From a virus (lineage: Duplodnaviria; Caudoviricetes), in IMG/VR virus record IMGVR_UViG_3300048590_000075, positions 1 to 53,153 of that record: DNA of 53,153 nt; one strand, 5' to 3'. Under the pieces are notes generated by a model. That model worked only from the letters and a program-made list of their open reading frames with translations. It did not search any database and had not been told where the DNA came from. Shown in pieces: positions 9,311 through 19,243 of this stretch. The position numbers and the translations under genes are program-made. Each line of letters begins with the position of its first letter. Position 1 is the first letter of the stretch.

Positions 9311-10932
9311 GCCGCGAACGCCTTGGCGGCCACGCCGAGCTTCTGAGCCACGTCTGCGCCTTGCTGCATCCCGGCCAGCGCCTGCGAGGCGTCCTGTGCC
9401 TGAGCGTCACGGTCCATCGCCGCCGCCACCGCATCCTCGCTGCGCATCCATGCCTGCGGCGTGCCGGAGCCGGAGAGCGCATCCCGAAGCGCCACACCGA
9501 AGTCCACCGCGTAGCGCGCGGCCGGATCGACCTCGACGGCTTGCGCGATCATCGCCTTCATCTCGAGGAATTGCTGGCCCTTCTCGCGTTCCGCCGCCTT
9601 CGCCAGCGGGCTTTCGAAGGCAAAGCGCACGTCCGAGCCTTGCAGGCTTTCGGGGATGCGATCCGCGCCGCCGAACGCGCCCTCGCGCAACAGCGTCTCG
9701 AATGTCATGTCGCAGAGCGCCGCGTTGTAGTCCTCTTCGATCGGCTCGAAGAGCGGCAGCGCCTGGCGGATGTATTCCTGCACCCGTTGCCCAACCTCAT
9801 AGGCCGTCATTTCCGGGCCACCGACCGGCGGAAGCGCCAATTGGTTGATGTAGAACGCCTCGCGGATTTGCGCCGCGATCCGATCCGACATCTCGAAACC
9901 GTAGGGCAGGCCTGACTTGTCCTGCATCATCGGCCGAAGCACTTCACCGAGCCGCTCGTCATATTCCGCGTCGATGGCCGTAAAGCCACCCGCGTAGATG
10001 TTGAGATCGCCGCGGATCGCCTCCGACACGCCGATCATCGGCGGGTTTGCAGCCCGCTCGCCGGCGTCCAGCAGCGTCAGCGTCATCGCCTGAATGAGCC
10101 GCGCGTCAGGGATCGCCACCACGGTTGCCGGCGAATAGGGATACTGCGAGCCGGAGACCGTTGCCCATCGCGGGATCACATAGCGCCGCGTCCACGATCC
10201 GACATCCTCCATGATGTGATCGTTGTCGCAGTCGATATAGAGCGACACCCACGGCTGGCGCCACGCCTTCGTGCCGTATTCATCGGCGCGAACGACGATA
10301 TGGCGCACCGCGACCCGCTCATTCGGCTCCCTGTCAAGCCGTTCCGTCACCTTCGCATGGACCTTGCCGGGGAAGAACCGGCAGAGTTGCGAGACCGTGG
10401 GCTTCCAGTTGCGATGCACGCCGCAGATTTGGCCGTAGGTGTCCTCTTCCCACGCCACGTCGCGCAGGTGCCAGTTGCGATAGAGGAGCGCCGTGTCGCG
10501 GCGGTTGACCTCGACCGAAATGACGCCGCCGCCGAAGGCCGAGAAGTCGTGATCCGTCTCCTTCGTCGCCCGCGTCAGCATCGCCTTGTGATCATACATC
10601 GCCCGGCGCATGACGCTGGCGCTCCATTCGAGCCACAGCTTGGCCTCATGGTCCTCGCGCTCTTCGCGGTCGGCCCGGACGGCAAACCAGTTGCGCCCCT
10701 TCGGACGCAGCATCGAGCCGATGGAATTGCCCAAGTCGCGCCGCACCATCACAGGATAGCCTGTCATCAGATGACCGGCGAAGTCATCGCCCACGTCGCG
10801 CGCTACGGTGAAGTCCGCCCGCTCTGGATAGAAATTCTCGGCGATGTCCTGATTGCGCCGGTCGAAAGACGTCTTGGCCGAGAATAGCCGGTCCCCGCGC
10901 TCCTTCAGCGACTTGGCGTCGGTGTGCAGCAT
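9307..10932 (-). CDS. Portal (head-to-tail connector, T7 gp8/Bbp21-like)
   Basis: 541 aa; PRW..G..Y..SP, MTAYEV..R and FESPLAKA motifs. Confidence 0.9.
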   Translation of the reverse strand: MLHTDAKSLKERGDRLFSAKTSFDRRNQDIAENFYPERADFTVARDVGDDFAGHLMTGYPVMVRRDLGNSIGSMLRPKGRNWFAVRADREEREDHEAKLWLEWSASVMRRAMYDHKAMLTRATKETDHDFSAFGGGVISVEVNRRDTALLYRNWHLRDVAWEEDTYGQICGVHRNWKPTVSQLCRFFPGKVHAKVTERLDREPNERVAVRHIVVRADEYGTKAWRQPWVSLYIDCDNDHIMEDVGSWTRRYVIPRWATVSGSQYPYSPATVVAIPDARLIQAMTLTLLDAGERAANPPMIGVSEAIRGDLNIYAGGFTAIDAEYDERLGEVLRPMMQDKSGLPYGFEMSDRIAAQIREAFYINQLALPPVGGPEMTAYEVGQRVQEYIRQALPLFEPIEEDYNAALCDMTFETLLREGAFGGADRIPESLQGSDVRFAFESPLAKAAEREKGQQFLEMKAMIAQAVEVDPAARYAVDFGVALRDALSGSGTPQAWMRSEDAVAAAMDRDAQAQDASQALAGMQQGADVAQKLGVAAKAFAA

Positions 10933-11105
10933 TACGCGCCCAGCGTCTCGCGCCCGGCGCCGGTCAGCACCGTCGAAGCCGAGCCAGACGATCGCGTCTC
11001 CTGCGCCACGACACGCTTGCGCGCCGCCGTCAGGGCCTTTTCATCCGGCAGCGGAGTCGGCGGTTCGATCTTCGGCATCTTCGGCTTGGAAAACAGCCCG
11101 CTCAT
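10932..11105 (-). CDS. Small conserved pre-portal protein (57 aa, not in ORF track)
   Basis: MSGLFSKPKMPKIEPPTPLPD..STVLT..TLGA; TAATG coupling to the portal. Confidence 0.75.
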   Translation of the reverse strand: MSGLFSKPKMPKIEPPTPLPDEKALTAARKRVVAQETRSSGSASTVLTGAGRETLGA

Positions 11106-11117
11106 GTCTCGCCCTTC

Positions 11118-12719
11118 CTATCGCTTCAGCCGCGCCGAGGCCCGGCCCATGTTTACCGTCACCGACGATCCGCTGCGCTTCGCCGCCGCGTAGCCGCGCC
11201 ACTCGTTGCCGTGCGTCATCAGCTTCGGCCCGTAGGCGTTGGCCATGATCACCGCATCTCCCCGGTCTGGCGAGCGGCCGAGCTTGGCCACCAGGTCGAC
11301 CTTTGGCGTCACCTTGATCCCGGAGGACGTGACTTCAAACCGCAGCGCCGTCAGGTCGGAGATCAGCACCGGATCATCCGGCAGGGCGATCCTCGCGCCG
11401 CCGTCCTGCGCCGGATCAAGCGCTTCACGCAGCCGCCACGCATCCTCGGCCCGTTTGTTGAAGAAGCCGAATTGCTGGTCCACCGTGCGCCGCACCGACT
11501 TCTCCGCGCCCTTGTGCCCGATCAGAGGCGCGATCGCGTTGTCCTTGAGCCGCATGTAGGTAGCGCCGCCATAGCCGCCGCCCATGTCCACCACGACCGT
11601 GGCGCCGTTGCGCCGCGCCGCGATGATCAGTCCGGCGACCTCGTTGCCGGTGGGCGTCTCCACCCCCGCCACCACCTGCAGCGGCGCGAACCACGCGTCA
11701 TAGCGCGCCGATATCGTGGTGTTGTCAGCCCCGCCCTGCGCCACGTCCGCGGCGATCGTGGACATGGGCGCATGTTCCGGCGGCTCTGGCGTCCACCGCG
11801 CCTGCGCCTCGCGCAGCCATGCCGTCGGAAAGACCTGAAAGGCGTCGTCCTGCCGCCCGACCATGAAATTGCCGTCGCGGATCGCCGAGCGGTATGGCTC
11901 GGGAAGCGCGTCGAGCTGCTTCTGGTAGTCGTCCGTCTCGATGAACGGGTTGTCGGTCAGCCGCGACGGAATGAATGTCCGCGATGTCGGGATGAACACG
12001 TCGCCGTCGCGCTGCACCGGATCCGGACCATCAACCTCCAGGTCTTTCGACGTGTAGCCGTCCGCCACAGTGATGAACCAGCGCAACTCGCCCGGCCTGG
12101 CCGGCTTCGGATGCGTCAGGTCGAGCCACGGCCGAAACATGCCGACGATCCATTCGCCCTCGGACGTGACCGGCGGGTTTGTCGCCAGCACCGTCCGCGT
12201 CCGCTGGCCCTCCTTTACCGTGCGGACCCATCCCATGAGGAACCGCACCTGCGTTTCGCCGAACTGCGTTGCCTCATCCAGCCCGAGCAGATCGCGCGCC
12301 CGGCCCTGGTATTTCATTTCGTCGCCGTGGTCCTTGGCAGCGCCGAACGTGATGATCCGGCCTTCGGGGGTCCGCAGCGTCGGCGGCGCCTTGCCGGAAA
12401 AGCCGTCGCGCGAGCCGTAAATGCGCAGCAAGTCCTCGATGAGCCCGCCGCCGCCCTCGAGATCGACACCATTGCGCCGCATCAGCAGCGACTGATGATG
12501 CTCCTCCAATGCCAGACCGCAGAGCAGGCCGGACTTGCCGCCACCCGCCTCGCCGCCGAATAGCAGCACGTCGGCCTTGGAAAACCACGCGGCCGTCTGC
12601 GGCCCCGGCGACGGAATGAACTTGCGTCGCGCGAACCGCTCGGCCGCCAGATTCTCCAATTCCATGCGGCTGGCCTGCGGCAGCCCCTCGACCGCCGCCA
12701 GAACTTCCCGGAGGTTCAC
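11118..12719 (-). CDS. terL: Terminase large subunit
   Basis: Walker A GGEAGGGKS, Walker B LGLDEATQF, nuclease ADVAQGGAD and SPDRGDA; GTG start overlaps the upstream stop. Confidence 0.92.
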   Translation of the reverse strand: MNLREVLAAVEGLPQASRMELENLAAERFARRKFIPSPGPQTAAWFSKADVLLFGGEAGGGKSGLLCGLALEEHHQSLLMRRNGVDLEGGGGLIEDLLRIYGSRDGFSGKAPPTLRTPEGRIITFGAAKDHGDEMKYQGRARDLLGLDEATQFGETQVRFLMGWVRTVKEGQRTRTVLATNPPVTSEGEWIVGMFRPWLDLTHPKPARPGELRWFITVADGYTSKDLEVDGPDPVQRDGDVFIPTSRTFIPSRLTDNPFIETDDYQKQLDALPEPYRSAIRDGNFMVGRQDDAFQVFPTAWLREAQARWTPEPPEHAPMSTIAADVAQGGADNTTISARYDAWFAPLQVVAGVETPTGNEVAGLIIAARRNGATVVVDMGGGYGGATYMRLKDNAIAPLIGHKGAEKSVRRTVDQQFGFFNKRAEDAWRLREALDPAQDGGARIALPDDPVLISDLTALRFEVTSSGIKVTPKVDLVAKLGRSPDRGDAVIMANAYGPKLMTHGNEWRGYAAAKRSGSSVTVNMGRASARLKR

Positions 12720-13099
12720 TTTCCGCTCGGGTCCGCCAGCACGAGGATCAGCGTCCTGTCCGCCCCCTGCGCCACCGGACTTGCCGACGTGCCGGAGCGC
12801 ACCTTGAGATAGCGCAGCGCGCCAAACCACGCAGTCGGGCTGATCGCGACGAAAGCCGACGCCGCCGCCGTGATGGCAACCTCCGTGCCACCGCTGTCAA
12901 ACATCGGCACGAAATTCGTGCCGTCACGGGACGCGAGGAATGTCAGGGACGCGGTCGTCCACGAGTCGGGCATGTAGATGCCGGTCAGAACGCGACCGCC
13001 CATGTTGACAGATTCAGTCTGATCATCGTCCACCGCGATGACGAATTTCGCCTCGACTTCGTTCGAGATGTTGTGGACGGGGTTGAGGTTGTTTGTCAT
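12716..13099 (-). CDS. Hypothetical beta-rich protein between terS and terL
   Basis: Translationally coupled on both sides. Confidence 0.75.
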   Translation of the reverse strand: MTNNLNPVHNISNEVEAKFVIAVDDDQTESVNMGGRVLTGIYMPDSWTTASLTFLASRDGTNFVPMFDSGGTEVAITAAASAFVAISPTAWFGALRYLKVRSGTSASPVAQGADRTLILVLADPSGK

Positions 13100-13653
13100 T
13101 CGCCGTGATCCTTTATGCCCTGCGCCAGCAGAAACGCCACGCGGCGGGCCAGTTCCTTGTCGCTCAGCTTCACGTCATCGACCTCGATCGGGCCACCGTC
13201 ACGCCCCGTCAGTTCCGACCTGTCGGCAAGGCCGAGATCGCGGGCGATGATGTTGGCGTTGAGAAGGTCGGCCGACGCGCCCTCGAATTTCTGTTTTCGG
13301 ATGATCGCCTCGGCTCGCGTGATGACCCCAACCAAATCGGCCCGGAACTTCTCATGCCCTCTGGTTTTCCACCCGCGCCACGCCTCTTCCGTCACGTCCA
13401 GGAACAGACACAGCCCGCCGATGGTCATTGCCCGCATCTTGGCGACAGCTTTTTGCACGACGACGCCCTGATAGGCGAACGGCTTCATCTCGTAGAGCGG
13501 GTTTTCGGCGTTCCACTCGAAATATTCGACGCAGGCGCTCCACAGATCATCGGCCGTCTCGAACTTCGGCGCGATCCCGTGCGAGCTTCGCGCCTCCCAG
13601 AAGCGGTTTCCCGGCAGGAAGCGCCCGGTTGTGGCGTCCCGGTCGTCGCTCAT
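13096..13653 (-). CDS. terS: Terminase small subunit (P22 gp3-like)
   Basis: [47 protein letters not shown]. Confidence 0.88.
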   Translation of the reverse strand: MSDDRDATTGRFLPGNRFWEARSSHGIAPKFETADDLWSACVEYFEWNAENPLYEMKPFAYQGVVVQKAVAKMRAMTIGGLCLFLDVTEEAWRGWKTRGHEKFRADLVGVITRAEAIIRKQKFEGASADLLNANIIARDLGLADRSELTGRDGGPIEVDDVKLSDKELARRVAFLLAQGIKDHGE

Positions 13654-13794
13654 GTGTTCGCCTCATGCTGTGGATAGCTGCGCGTTGGCCTGTCGCGCCC
13701 CAGTCGCGCGGTGCGCCGCACTTGTCGGGATGGGCCTTGTCGCCGATAGGGGCGCAGGTATCCGGGCCGACCGCCCTTGCCAGTCTCCCGGCGA

Positions 13795-13830
13795 ATGAGA
13801 AACGCCACCGTCCGGGAGGGAGGTGGCGTC
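13795..13830 (-). terminator. tR'-like terminator downstream of the late promoter
   Basis: GACGCCACC/GGTGGCGTT stem followed by TCTCATT. Confidence 0.6.
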
Positions 13831-13850
13831 TTTGCAGGGTATCGCCTGCG

Positions 13851-13888
13851 ATTATGACCGAATGTACCCGGCCCGCGTGAAACGTCAA
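13851..13888 (-). promoter_or_regulatory. pR'-like late promoter with downstream -10-like element
   Basis: TTGACG-N16-TACATT then CATAAT. Confidence 0.5.
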
Positions 13889-14517
13889 CCCCTATCCACC
13901 ACCTGCCGCATCGAGCGCATCGCAGCGACGAATGCGCTGCCCGTGGTGCTGAGCCGGCCGCCGATGACAAGCGCGCCGCATGTCTGGCGCGAGGCGCGCA
14001 TGATGAGGCTCGCGTCATGGGCGCCGAGTGCCTGCAATGCGCCCTGCCAGCGCATCCACAGTGACACCGCATCCCTGTCGCGCTCATCCTCGCTGCGGAT
14101 GTCCGGGCGGTCATCTGCGCGCGTCTCGAAACGCTCGGGAAGCATGTCGAGGCGGGCCACGTTGGCGAAACGGTGCCGGCCGATGATGCGCCGGAAATAC
14201 GTCTCGTCTGCCGCGTCGTAGCGGGCGAATACGTCCCAGAGCCTGGCAGCCTCATCCGCGTCCCGTGCGCCGAGGTGGATGGCCTGGCCGGCCGGGTCCG
14301 CGAGCATGACGCTGGCGGCGTCGACCTCGGGACCGAAATGCCGGGTGCGGGCGTTGAGCACGACGACGCGCGGGTCTTCGGCCGGCCGGCGCGTCGACTC
14401 CACGTAGCGCCCGTCGCGATGGCGCTTTGGTGTCTCTGCCAGCCCCGGCATGTCAGCGCCGCCATCCGCGGCACGCGCCCGCCGCAATGCCCGCTTTGCC
14501 CGCTTGCTGTATGCCAT
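13885..14517 (-). CDS. Hypothetical protein, positional late antiterminator candidate
   Basis: GGAGG RBS; last gene before the late promoter/terminator. Confidence 0.6.
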   Translation of the reverse strand: MAYSKRAKRALRRARAADGGADMPGLAETPKRHRDGRYVESTRRPAEDPRVVVLNARTRHFGPEVDAASVMLADPAGQAIHLGARDADEAARLWDVFARYDAADETYFRRIIGRHRFANVARLDMLPERFETRADDRPDIRSEDERDRDAVSLWMRWQGALQALGAHDASLIMRASRQTCGALVIGGRLSTTGSAFVAAMRSMRQVVDRG

Positions 14518-14766
14518 GTCCTGCCTCCATGTCAGTTTCTGTCACCCACGCCAGAGGCGCTGTGCCCGTCTCGCGTTTTCCTGCCGTGGGTAGCCGCCAT
14601 GCCCGGCTTTCCGCCTGTAGCGCCGCCTGACGCGGTTTCCGCAGCCGCATCGCCCCCACCGCCGCACCAAGACGGCGGGGGCGGGCCACGACAGGGGCGT
14701 GATGGCCTTTCACGGTTGCCGGATGCGCTCCGGTGGGCGATGCCGCCTGCATGGCGGATGCGATGC

Positions 14767-15120
14767 TCATGGCAGCCGCCACAGAGTGGTCCGGGCTATC
14801 ACACGGTCGCCGACAATGGCGCCCTCCGTCCGCATGATGCCGAGAAGTTTGCCAAGCGCCGGACCAGGCAGTCGCACATGCCCGGCCATGTCGCCGAAAT
14901 ACATCGGCCCCTCGGCCAGGAGGCGCAGAATGGCGGCGCGGGCCACGTCATAGACACCCCCTGTGTATGGGGCGTTGACGTAGCCATTCCGCGGCGTCTC
15001 GGGCCGCTTGCGCTCGCGCTTCACCACCGCCAGCATTTCCCGGCCGATGGCAGCCTCAAGGCCGGGCGTCATGGCGCCGAGCCGGAATGCGTTGCCGATG
15101 ATCCGCGTGTGAATGCTCAT
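14767..15120 (-). CDS. Hypothetical protein, possible winged helix
   Basis: AILRLLAEGPM...L..M...G.I pattern; ATGA coupling. Confidence 0.6.
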   Translation of the reverse strand: MSIHTRIIGNAFRLGAMTPGLEAAIGREMLAVVKRERKRPETPRNGYVNAPYTGGVYDVARAAILRLLAEGPMYFGDMAGHVRLPGPALGKLLGIMRTEGAIVGDRVIARTTLWRLP

Positions 15121-15362
15121 GCCTGTCCCTCCATTGCCACTGTCTCGCTCGCATTCACCGGGCGCCACGGCCACGGCTCGCCCGCCTCGATAGCCCGCCG
15201 CCGCAGCTCCCGCGCCTGTGCCCGCGTCCCGCTCCACGCATAGGCCGGGTCTTTCGCCACGCCGCGTCCCGAGAGGTGCAGCCGCGCGCCGGTCGCTGGA
15301 TCCACGAGGCGAATTTCCGGCGCCCATGACGTGCGCCAGTGCCTGGGGGTGAGGACGCTCAT
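15117..15362 (-). CDS. Hypothetical protein
   Basis: ATGA coupling on both sides. Confidence 0.6.
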   Translation of the reverse strand: MSVLTPRHWRTSWAPEIRLVDPATGARLHLSGRGVAKDPAYAWSGTRAQARELRRRAIEAGEPWPWRPVNASETVAMEGQA

Positions 15363-16294
15363 GCCTGCCGCCTCCGCCGACGCTGCCACACGTCATTCCA
15401 GTCCTCGCCTGCCACGTCAGGGATATGCACCGTCACCCGCGCCTTGCCCGAGAGGCTGTAGGCCAGCCCGTAGGCCGCCGCCTGCCCGGCAAAGCCCGCG
15501 TCATTGTCGCCGAAGATCGCCACTTCGTCGCAGCCATCCGGCGGCGTCCACTTGCGCAGCATCGGCGCATTGAGCGCCGCCCACACCGGCATGTCGTAGA
15601 GCGCGGATGCACTCATTGCCGTCTCGATACCCTCGGCAATGCCGAGCGGCCCGCCGCTGTAGTCGCTGAGCATGACGCAGGCGCCATCGGGCAGCGTCCC
15701 CGGCATGAGCTTGCGCGGCGCGGCCATTTCCGCCTTGCCAGAGCCATCCGGCTTGAGGAATGTCCGGTGCATGGACACCGGCTTGTCCTGACCGGCAACG
15801 CCCACCATCGCCACCATGCACGGCCGCACCCCGCCATCGCCGTCGCGCAGCCGCGCGGCAAAGCGCAGCGCCGCAGGGTAGAGCATTTCCTCGACACCCC
15901 GGCTGGCGAGATAGCGATGCGCCAGATCGCCGGGCTGCACCGGCACCGTCGCCCGCCACGTGTCGCGCAGCAGATCGCGCGTCTCATCCGGCGTCCGCGC
16001 GGCCTTCGCCGCCTCGAATTTGACGTTGCCGACCATGCCGTCGATCAGCGCGGCGACCTCGGGAAACCCCTTGCCGGTGTATTTCTGCGCCAATGCCATG
16101 CCGTCGCCCGCGCCGCACTGGTTGCATATCCACGTGCCCCGGCCTTCCGTGTCGTCAAAGCGGAAGCGATCCGTGCCGCCGCAGATCGGGCATGGCCCAT
16201 GCCGGTTGCGCAGCGCGGTTTCGGGCAGGCCGAGTTGCAGGAGAATACCCCGCCACTTGCCGCGCGCCACATTCGTCGTCTTGTCGAAAAACAC
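15359..16294 (-). CDS. Primase (P4 alpha-type Zn-binding domain plus TOPRIM)
   Basis: HGPCPICGGTDRFRFDD..WICNQCGAGDG; IAEGIETA..DND. Confidence 0.88.
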   Translation of the reverse strand: MFFDKTTNVARGKWRGILLQLGLPETALRNRHGPCPICGGTDRFRFDDTEGRGTWICNQCGAGDGMALAQKYTGKGFPEVAALIDGMVGNVKFEAAKAARTPDETRDLLRDTWRATVPVQPGDLAHRYLASRGVEEMLYPAALRFAARLRDGDGGVRPCMVAMVGVAGQDKPVSMHRTFLKPDGSGKAEMAAPRKLMPGTLPDGACVMLSDYSGGPLGIAEGIETAMSASALYDMPVWAALNAPMLRKWTPPDGCDEVAIFGDNDAGFAGQAAAYGLAYSLSGKARVTVHIPDVAGEDWNDVWQRRRRRQA

Positions 16295-17787
16295 TATGCC
16301 GCCCCCCTTTCCTGCCGCTTCGCCCACCGGATGTCCTTGAATTTCACGAAATTCCACACTTCCGGCGACGGCTCGCCCGGCCAGTCCGCCAGCCCCTTCG
16401 GCCAGACGCCGGTCTTTTCCCGGTAGGTATGCGCTGCCCAGCCACGCGTGCGGCCGCGCTTCGCGGCGATGGTCAGCAGCCCCGACCACCACGCCTGCTT
16501 TTCCTCGCGCGCCAGCCCCTTTGGCTTGCCCGTGATCTCGATCAACTCGCCGTCGACCGTCTCCACCCCCGCCACCGGCTTGCGCACATGGCCGCAGGAC
16601 GGGCAGGTAAGCCCGGTATGCAGCACCCCGCAGCCGACGCACTCCTTTGGCAACCGCTCGGCCTTGGCGCGCGCCTTCTGAGGCCCACGCTCGGTATCGT
16701 CCAGCGCGTCATGGCCGATGTCCGTGACCAGCCCGAGGCGCAGCGAATTGCCGGCATGATCGAGCACCACCAGGTCTTCCGTGCCGGGGTTGATCCGCAG
16801 GCCACGGCCAATTTTCTGCACGTGCAGCATTTCCGACTTTGTGGGAGCCGCGTCGATGATGCAGGACACCGGCCAGTCAATGCCCGTTGTCAGGGTCCGC
16901 ACGGAGCAGGCCACCTTGACCTCGCCGGCCCGGAACCGCCGCTCGATCAACTGCCGCTCCACAACGTCGGTGTAGGCGTCGCAGTAGGCCGCCGCCACGC
17001 CGGCGCGCTCGAATGCCTCGAATAGCTGGCGGGCATGGGCGCGGTTGACGCCAAAGAGCAGCGTCGGCCGGTTTTCCCCGCGCTCAAGCCACGTCTCGAC
17101 CACCGACGCCGTGATCGTCGCGCCTTTCATGAGGTCGGCCGTCTGACCCTCGTGGTAGTCCCCCGCCACGGTCTTGACGCCCGACATGTCCGGCACGTCC
17201 GGCGCGAAGACGCGGAATTGCGAGAGGTAGCCCGCGTCGATCAGGTCGCGGATCGTCACTGGCACCACCAGGTCCTGCCACCAGCGGCCCATGCCCTTCG
17301 CCCACGGGGTCGCCGACAGGCCGACGAAAAACACGTCCGGCCGCTCGGCCATGAGCTTTTCGACGACCTCGGCCCGGTGATGGCATTCGTCGACGATGAC
17401 CAGCGCCGCCGGCGGAATGTCCCGCCGCGCCAGCGTCTGCACCGATGCCACCTGCACCCTAGCCAGAGGATCGGTGCGCGGATGGCTCGCCTGCATGACG
17501 CCGATGCCGGAAATGCCCTCAGCCTCGAAAGCGCTCACGGTCTGGTCGATCAGCGAGACGGCCGGTGCCGTGAAGATCACCCGGTTGCCCTTGTCCAAAG
17601 CCCCCTCGATGATCTTCGCGGCGATCAGCGTCTTGCCCACGCCTGTCGGTCCCTGAACCACCACACGACGGTTTCCCCTAGCCAATGATGAGCGAAGCAT
17701 GGCGATGGCATTCGACTGGTGCGGACGAAGTTCCTTCTTCCTGGCTTGGGCTTCTTCGGGCTGAAACCTGTGGAACAGATCAGTCAT
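16294..17787 (-). CDS. SF2 DEAD/DEAH helicase with C-terminal Zn finger
   Basis: PTGVGKT, DECH, SATP, QKIGRGLR and CxxC..CxxC. Confidence 0.92.
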   Translation of the reverse strand: MTDLFHRFQPEEAQARKKELRPHQSNAIAMLRSSLARGNRRVVVQGPTGVGKTLIAAKIIEGALDKGNRVIFTAPAVSLIDQTVSAFEAEGISGIGVMQASHPRTDPLARVQVASVQTLARRDIPPAALVIVDECHHRAEVVEKLMAERPDVFFVGLSATPWAKGMGRWWQDLVVPVTIRDLIDAGYLSQFRVFAPDVPDMSGVKTVAGDYHEGQTADLMKGATITASVVETWLERGENRPTLLFGVNRAHARQLFEAFERAGVAAAYCDAYTDVVERQLIERRFRAGEVKVACSVRTLTTGIDWPVSCIIDAAPTKSEMLHVQKIGRGLRINPGTEDLVVLDHAGNSLRLGLVTDIGHDALDDTERGPQKARAKAERLPKECVGCGVLHTGLTCPSCGHVRKPVAGVETVDGELIEITGKPKGLAREEKQAWWSGLLTIAAKRGRTRGWAAHTYREKTGVWPKGLADWPGEPSPEVWNFVKFKDIRWAKRQERGAA

Positions 17788-18224
17788 TTCGCACCGCCTG
17801 AGTTTCGAGCCTCTGGCGAGGGAAATTCGATGACAGAAACGCCCTTATTATATATCCCCCTATACTGCGCCCCCGTCTGCGCACGGTGACCGTGCGCCCC
17901 CGTCTGCGCACGGTGCCGTGCGCCCCCGTCTGCGCACGGTTTCACCTTTGGCGCGCAAAAAAGCCGGTATGTCGTCTGCTGGAATTTGCCCCCCGTTCGG
18001 GCGACTGTCCGGCGAATGAATCCTTGGCTTTCGAGCATGGTGAGGCTGTCTTGGACGCGCCGACGGCGGTAGCCTGATAGCAGGGCGACACGCTCTTGTG
18101 ACGGGAAACACCCACCTGCGTCGGTGTGTTCCCAGCAGAGCGCTAGCAGCACGGCCCGCTCTGCCGGCGGGATGTCGATGACCTCGAAAAGCCCGTAAGC
18201 CCACCGCATTGCCTTAACGCTCAT
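17784..18224 (-). CDS. Replication initiator (N-terminal HTH) containing the origin
   Basis: AERAVLLAL..CFPSQERVA..L..LE..G.I motif; internal iterons. Confidence 0.75.
   Translation of the reverse strand: MSVKAMRWAYGLFEVIDIPPAERAVLLALCWEHTDAGGCFPSQERVALLSGYRRRRVQDSLTMLESQGFIRRTVARTGGKFQQTTYRLFCAPKVKPCADGGARHRAQTGAHGHRAQTGAQYRGIYNKGVSVIEFPSPEARNSGGAK
17844..17940. repeat. Replication origin: three 22-bp iterons plus AT-rich tract
   Basis: TGCGCCCCCGTCTGCGCACGGT at 17866, 17893 and 17919; TTATTATATAT adjacent. Confidence 0.75.
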
Positions 18225-18235
18225 CGCCCCGCCCC

Positions 18236-18616
18236 TCAGAATGGAATGTCGTCGTCTAGGTCGTTGCGCCGGCCGCTCCCGGCGTCCTCGCGCGGCCGGT
18301 CCCGTGGCGCGTCGTCCCGCCGCTCGCCGCCGCCCTGCAACGTCACCTCGGCCACCCGGACGGTCAGATACGTCCTGCCCTCGTGCTCGCGCGTCGAGAG
18401 GTCGCCAGCGACGGTGACGCGGCTGCCCTTGGTGAGGTATTGCGCCAGCCCTTCGCCGCGCTTGCCCCAGAGGGAGCAGTCAAACCAAAGCGTGCGCTTG
18501 TCCTGGCCGTTGCGCTCTTCCACGGCGACGGGAAAGCCAGCCACGGCGTCCCCGGCATTGGTGCGGCGCACAACCGCGTCCTTGCCGATATTGCCGGCGA
18601 TGATGATCTGCTTCAT
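18236..18616 (-). CDS. ssb: Single-stranded DNA-binding protein
   Basis: IAGNIGKD..YLTKGSRV; acidic tail DDDIPF. Confidence 0.93.
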   Translation of the reverse strand: MKQIIIAGNIGKDAVVRRTNAGDAVAGFPVAVEERNGQDKRTLWFDCSLWGKRGEGLAQYLTKGSRVTVAGDLSTREHEGRTYLTVRVAEVTLQGGGERRDDAPRDRPREDAGSGRRNDLDDDIPF

Positions 18617-18819
18617 GTCGTCTCCCAATAAGCCTGTGTCACGTCCTCGCCGCTCTCCGCCGCGTCGGCCCGCCTGATCCTGTCCGTGGTGACGCGGACG
18701 CTGGCGCCCGTGCGGCCAAGCGCCTCGCCAATGGACGTGCTCGACATGCCAGCGCAGCGACGGCGCAGCATGACGAGCGCCAGTTCATCATCCTCGCGCG
18801 TCGGATAGCGGCCGCTCAT
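18613..18819 (-). CDS. Small HTH protein
   Basis: GMSSTSIGEALGRT..SVR pattern. Confidence 0.55.
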   Translation of the reverse strand: MSGRYPTREDDELALVMLRRRCAGMSSTSIGEALGRTGASVRVTTDRIRRADAAESGEDVTQAYWETT

Positions 18820-18820
18820 T

Positions 18821-19243
18821 TCACGCTCCCCCTGAGCGGGAGCCGCGCCAGGAGCCGGCCTCCCGCGTCGGAATGCCCCACGCCTCGAAAACCACCCGTC
18901 CGCGCTCCACAGGCGCACCCACGGCGTAGGTCGGCACCCACAGCGCATCGTCGACGCCAAGCACGTCGGCGATGCCGTCCGCGCCGGCCTTGAAGGCGGC
19001 GATGAGGTTGTCGCGGTCCCGACGGCGCGCGTCGGGCGGGTGGAATGTGATGCGCACCGCCAAGCTGTCCGCCTCTATCCGCCGCAGCCCCGCCGCCTTG
19101 GCTTCCCACGCGCAGCCGGTGCGGTAGGCTTTAACCGCGCGGGCCTTGACGAAGTGATGCACGCGGGCATTCGGCGACAGTTCGCGCTTTGGCCACGGGA
19201 GCGATACCCGGTGGATCGGCCCCTCGGCGTCACGGCGGGTCAT
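18821..19243 (-). CDS. rusA: RusA-like Holliday junction resolvase
   Basis: LPWP..LSPN..PPD.RRRDRDNL..K...DGI..LGVDD. Confidence 0.8.
   Translation of the reverse strand: MTRRDAEGPIHRVSLPWPKRELSPNARVHHFVKARAVKAYRTGCAWEAKAAGLRRIEADSLAVRITFHPPDARRRDRDNLIAAFKAGADGIADVLGVDDALWVPTYAVGAPVERGRVVFEAWGIPTREAGSWRGSRSGGA

Noticed and set aside
14453-14782. 109-aa minus-strand ORF
   Set aside because: Low-complexity with no recognisable motif; could be real but is unsupported
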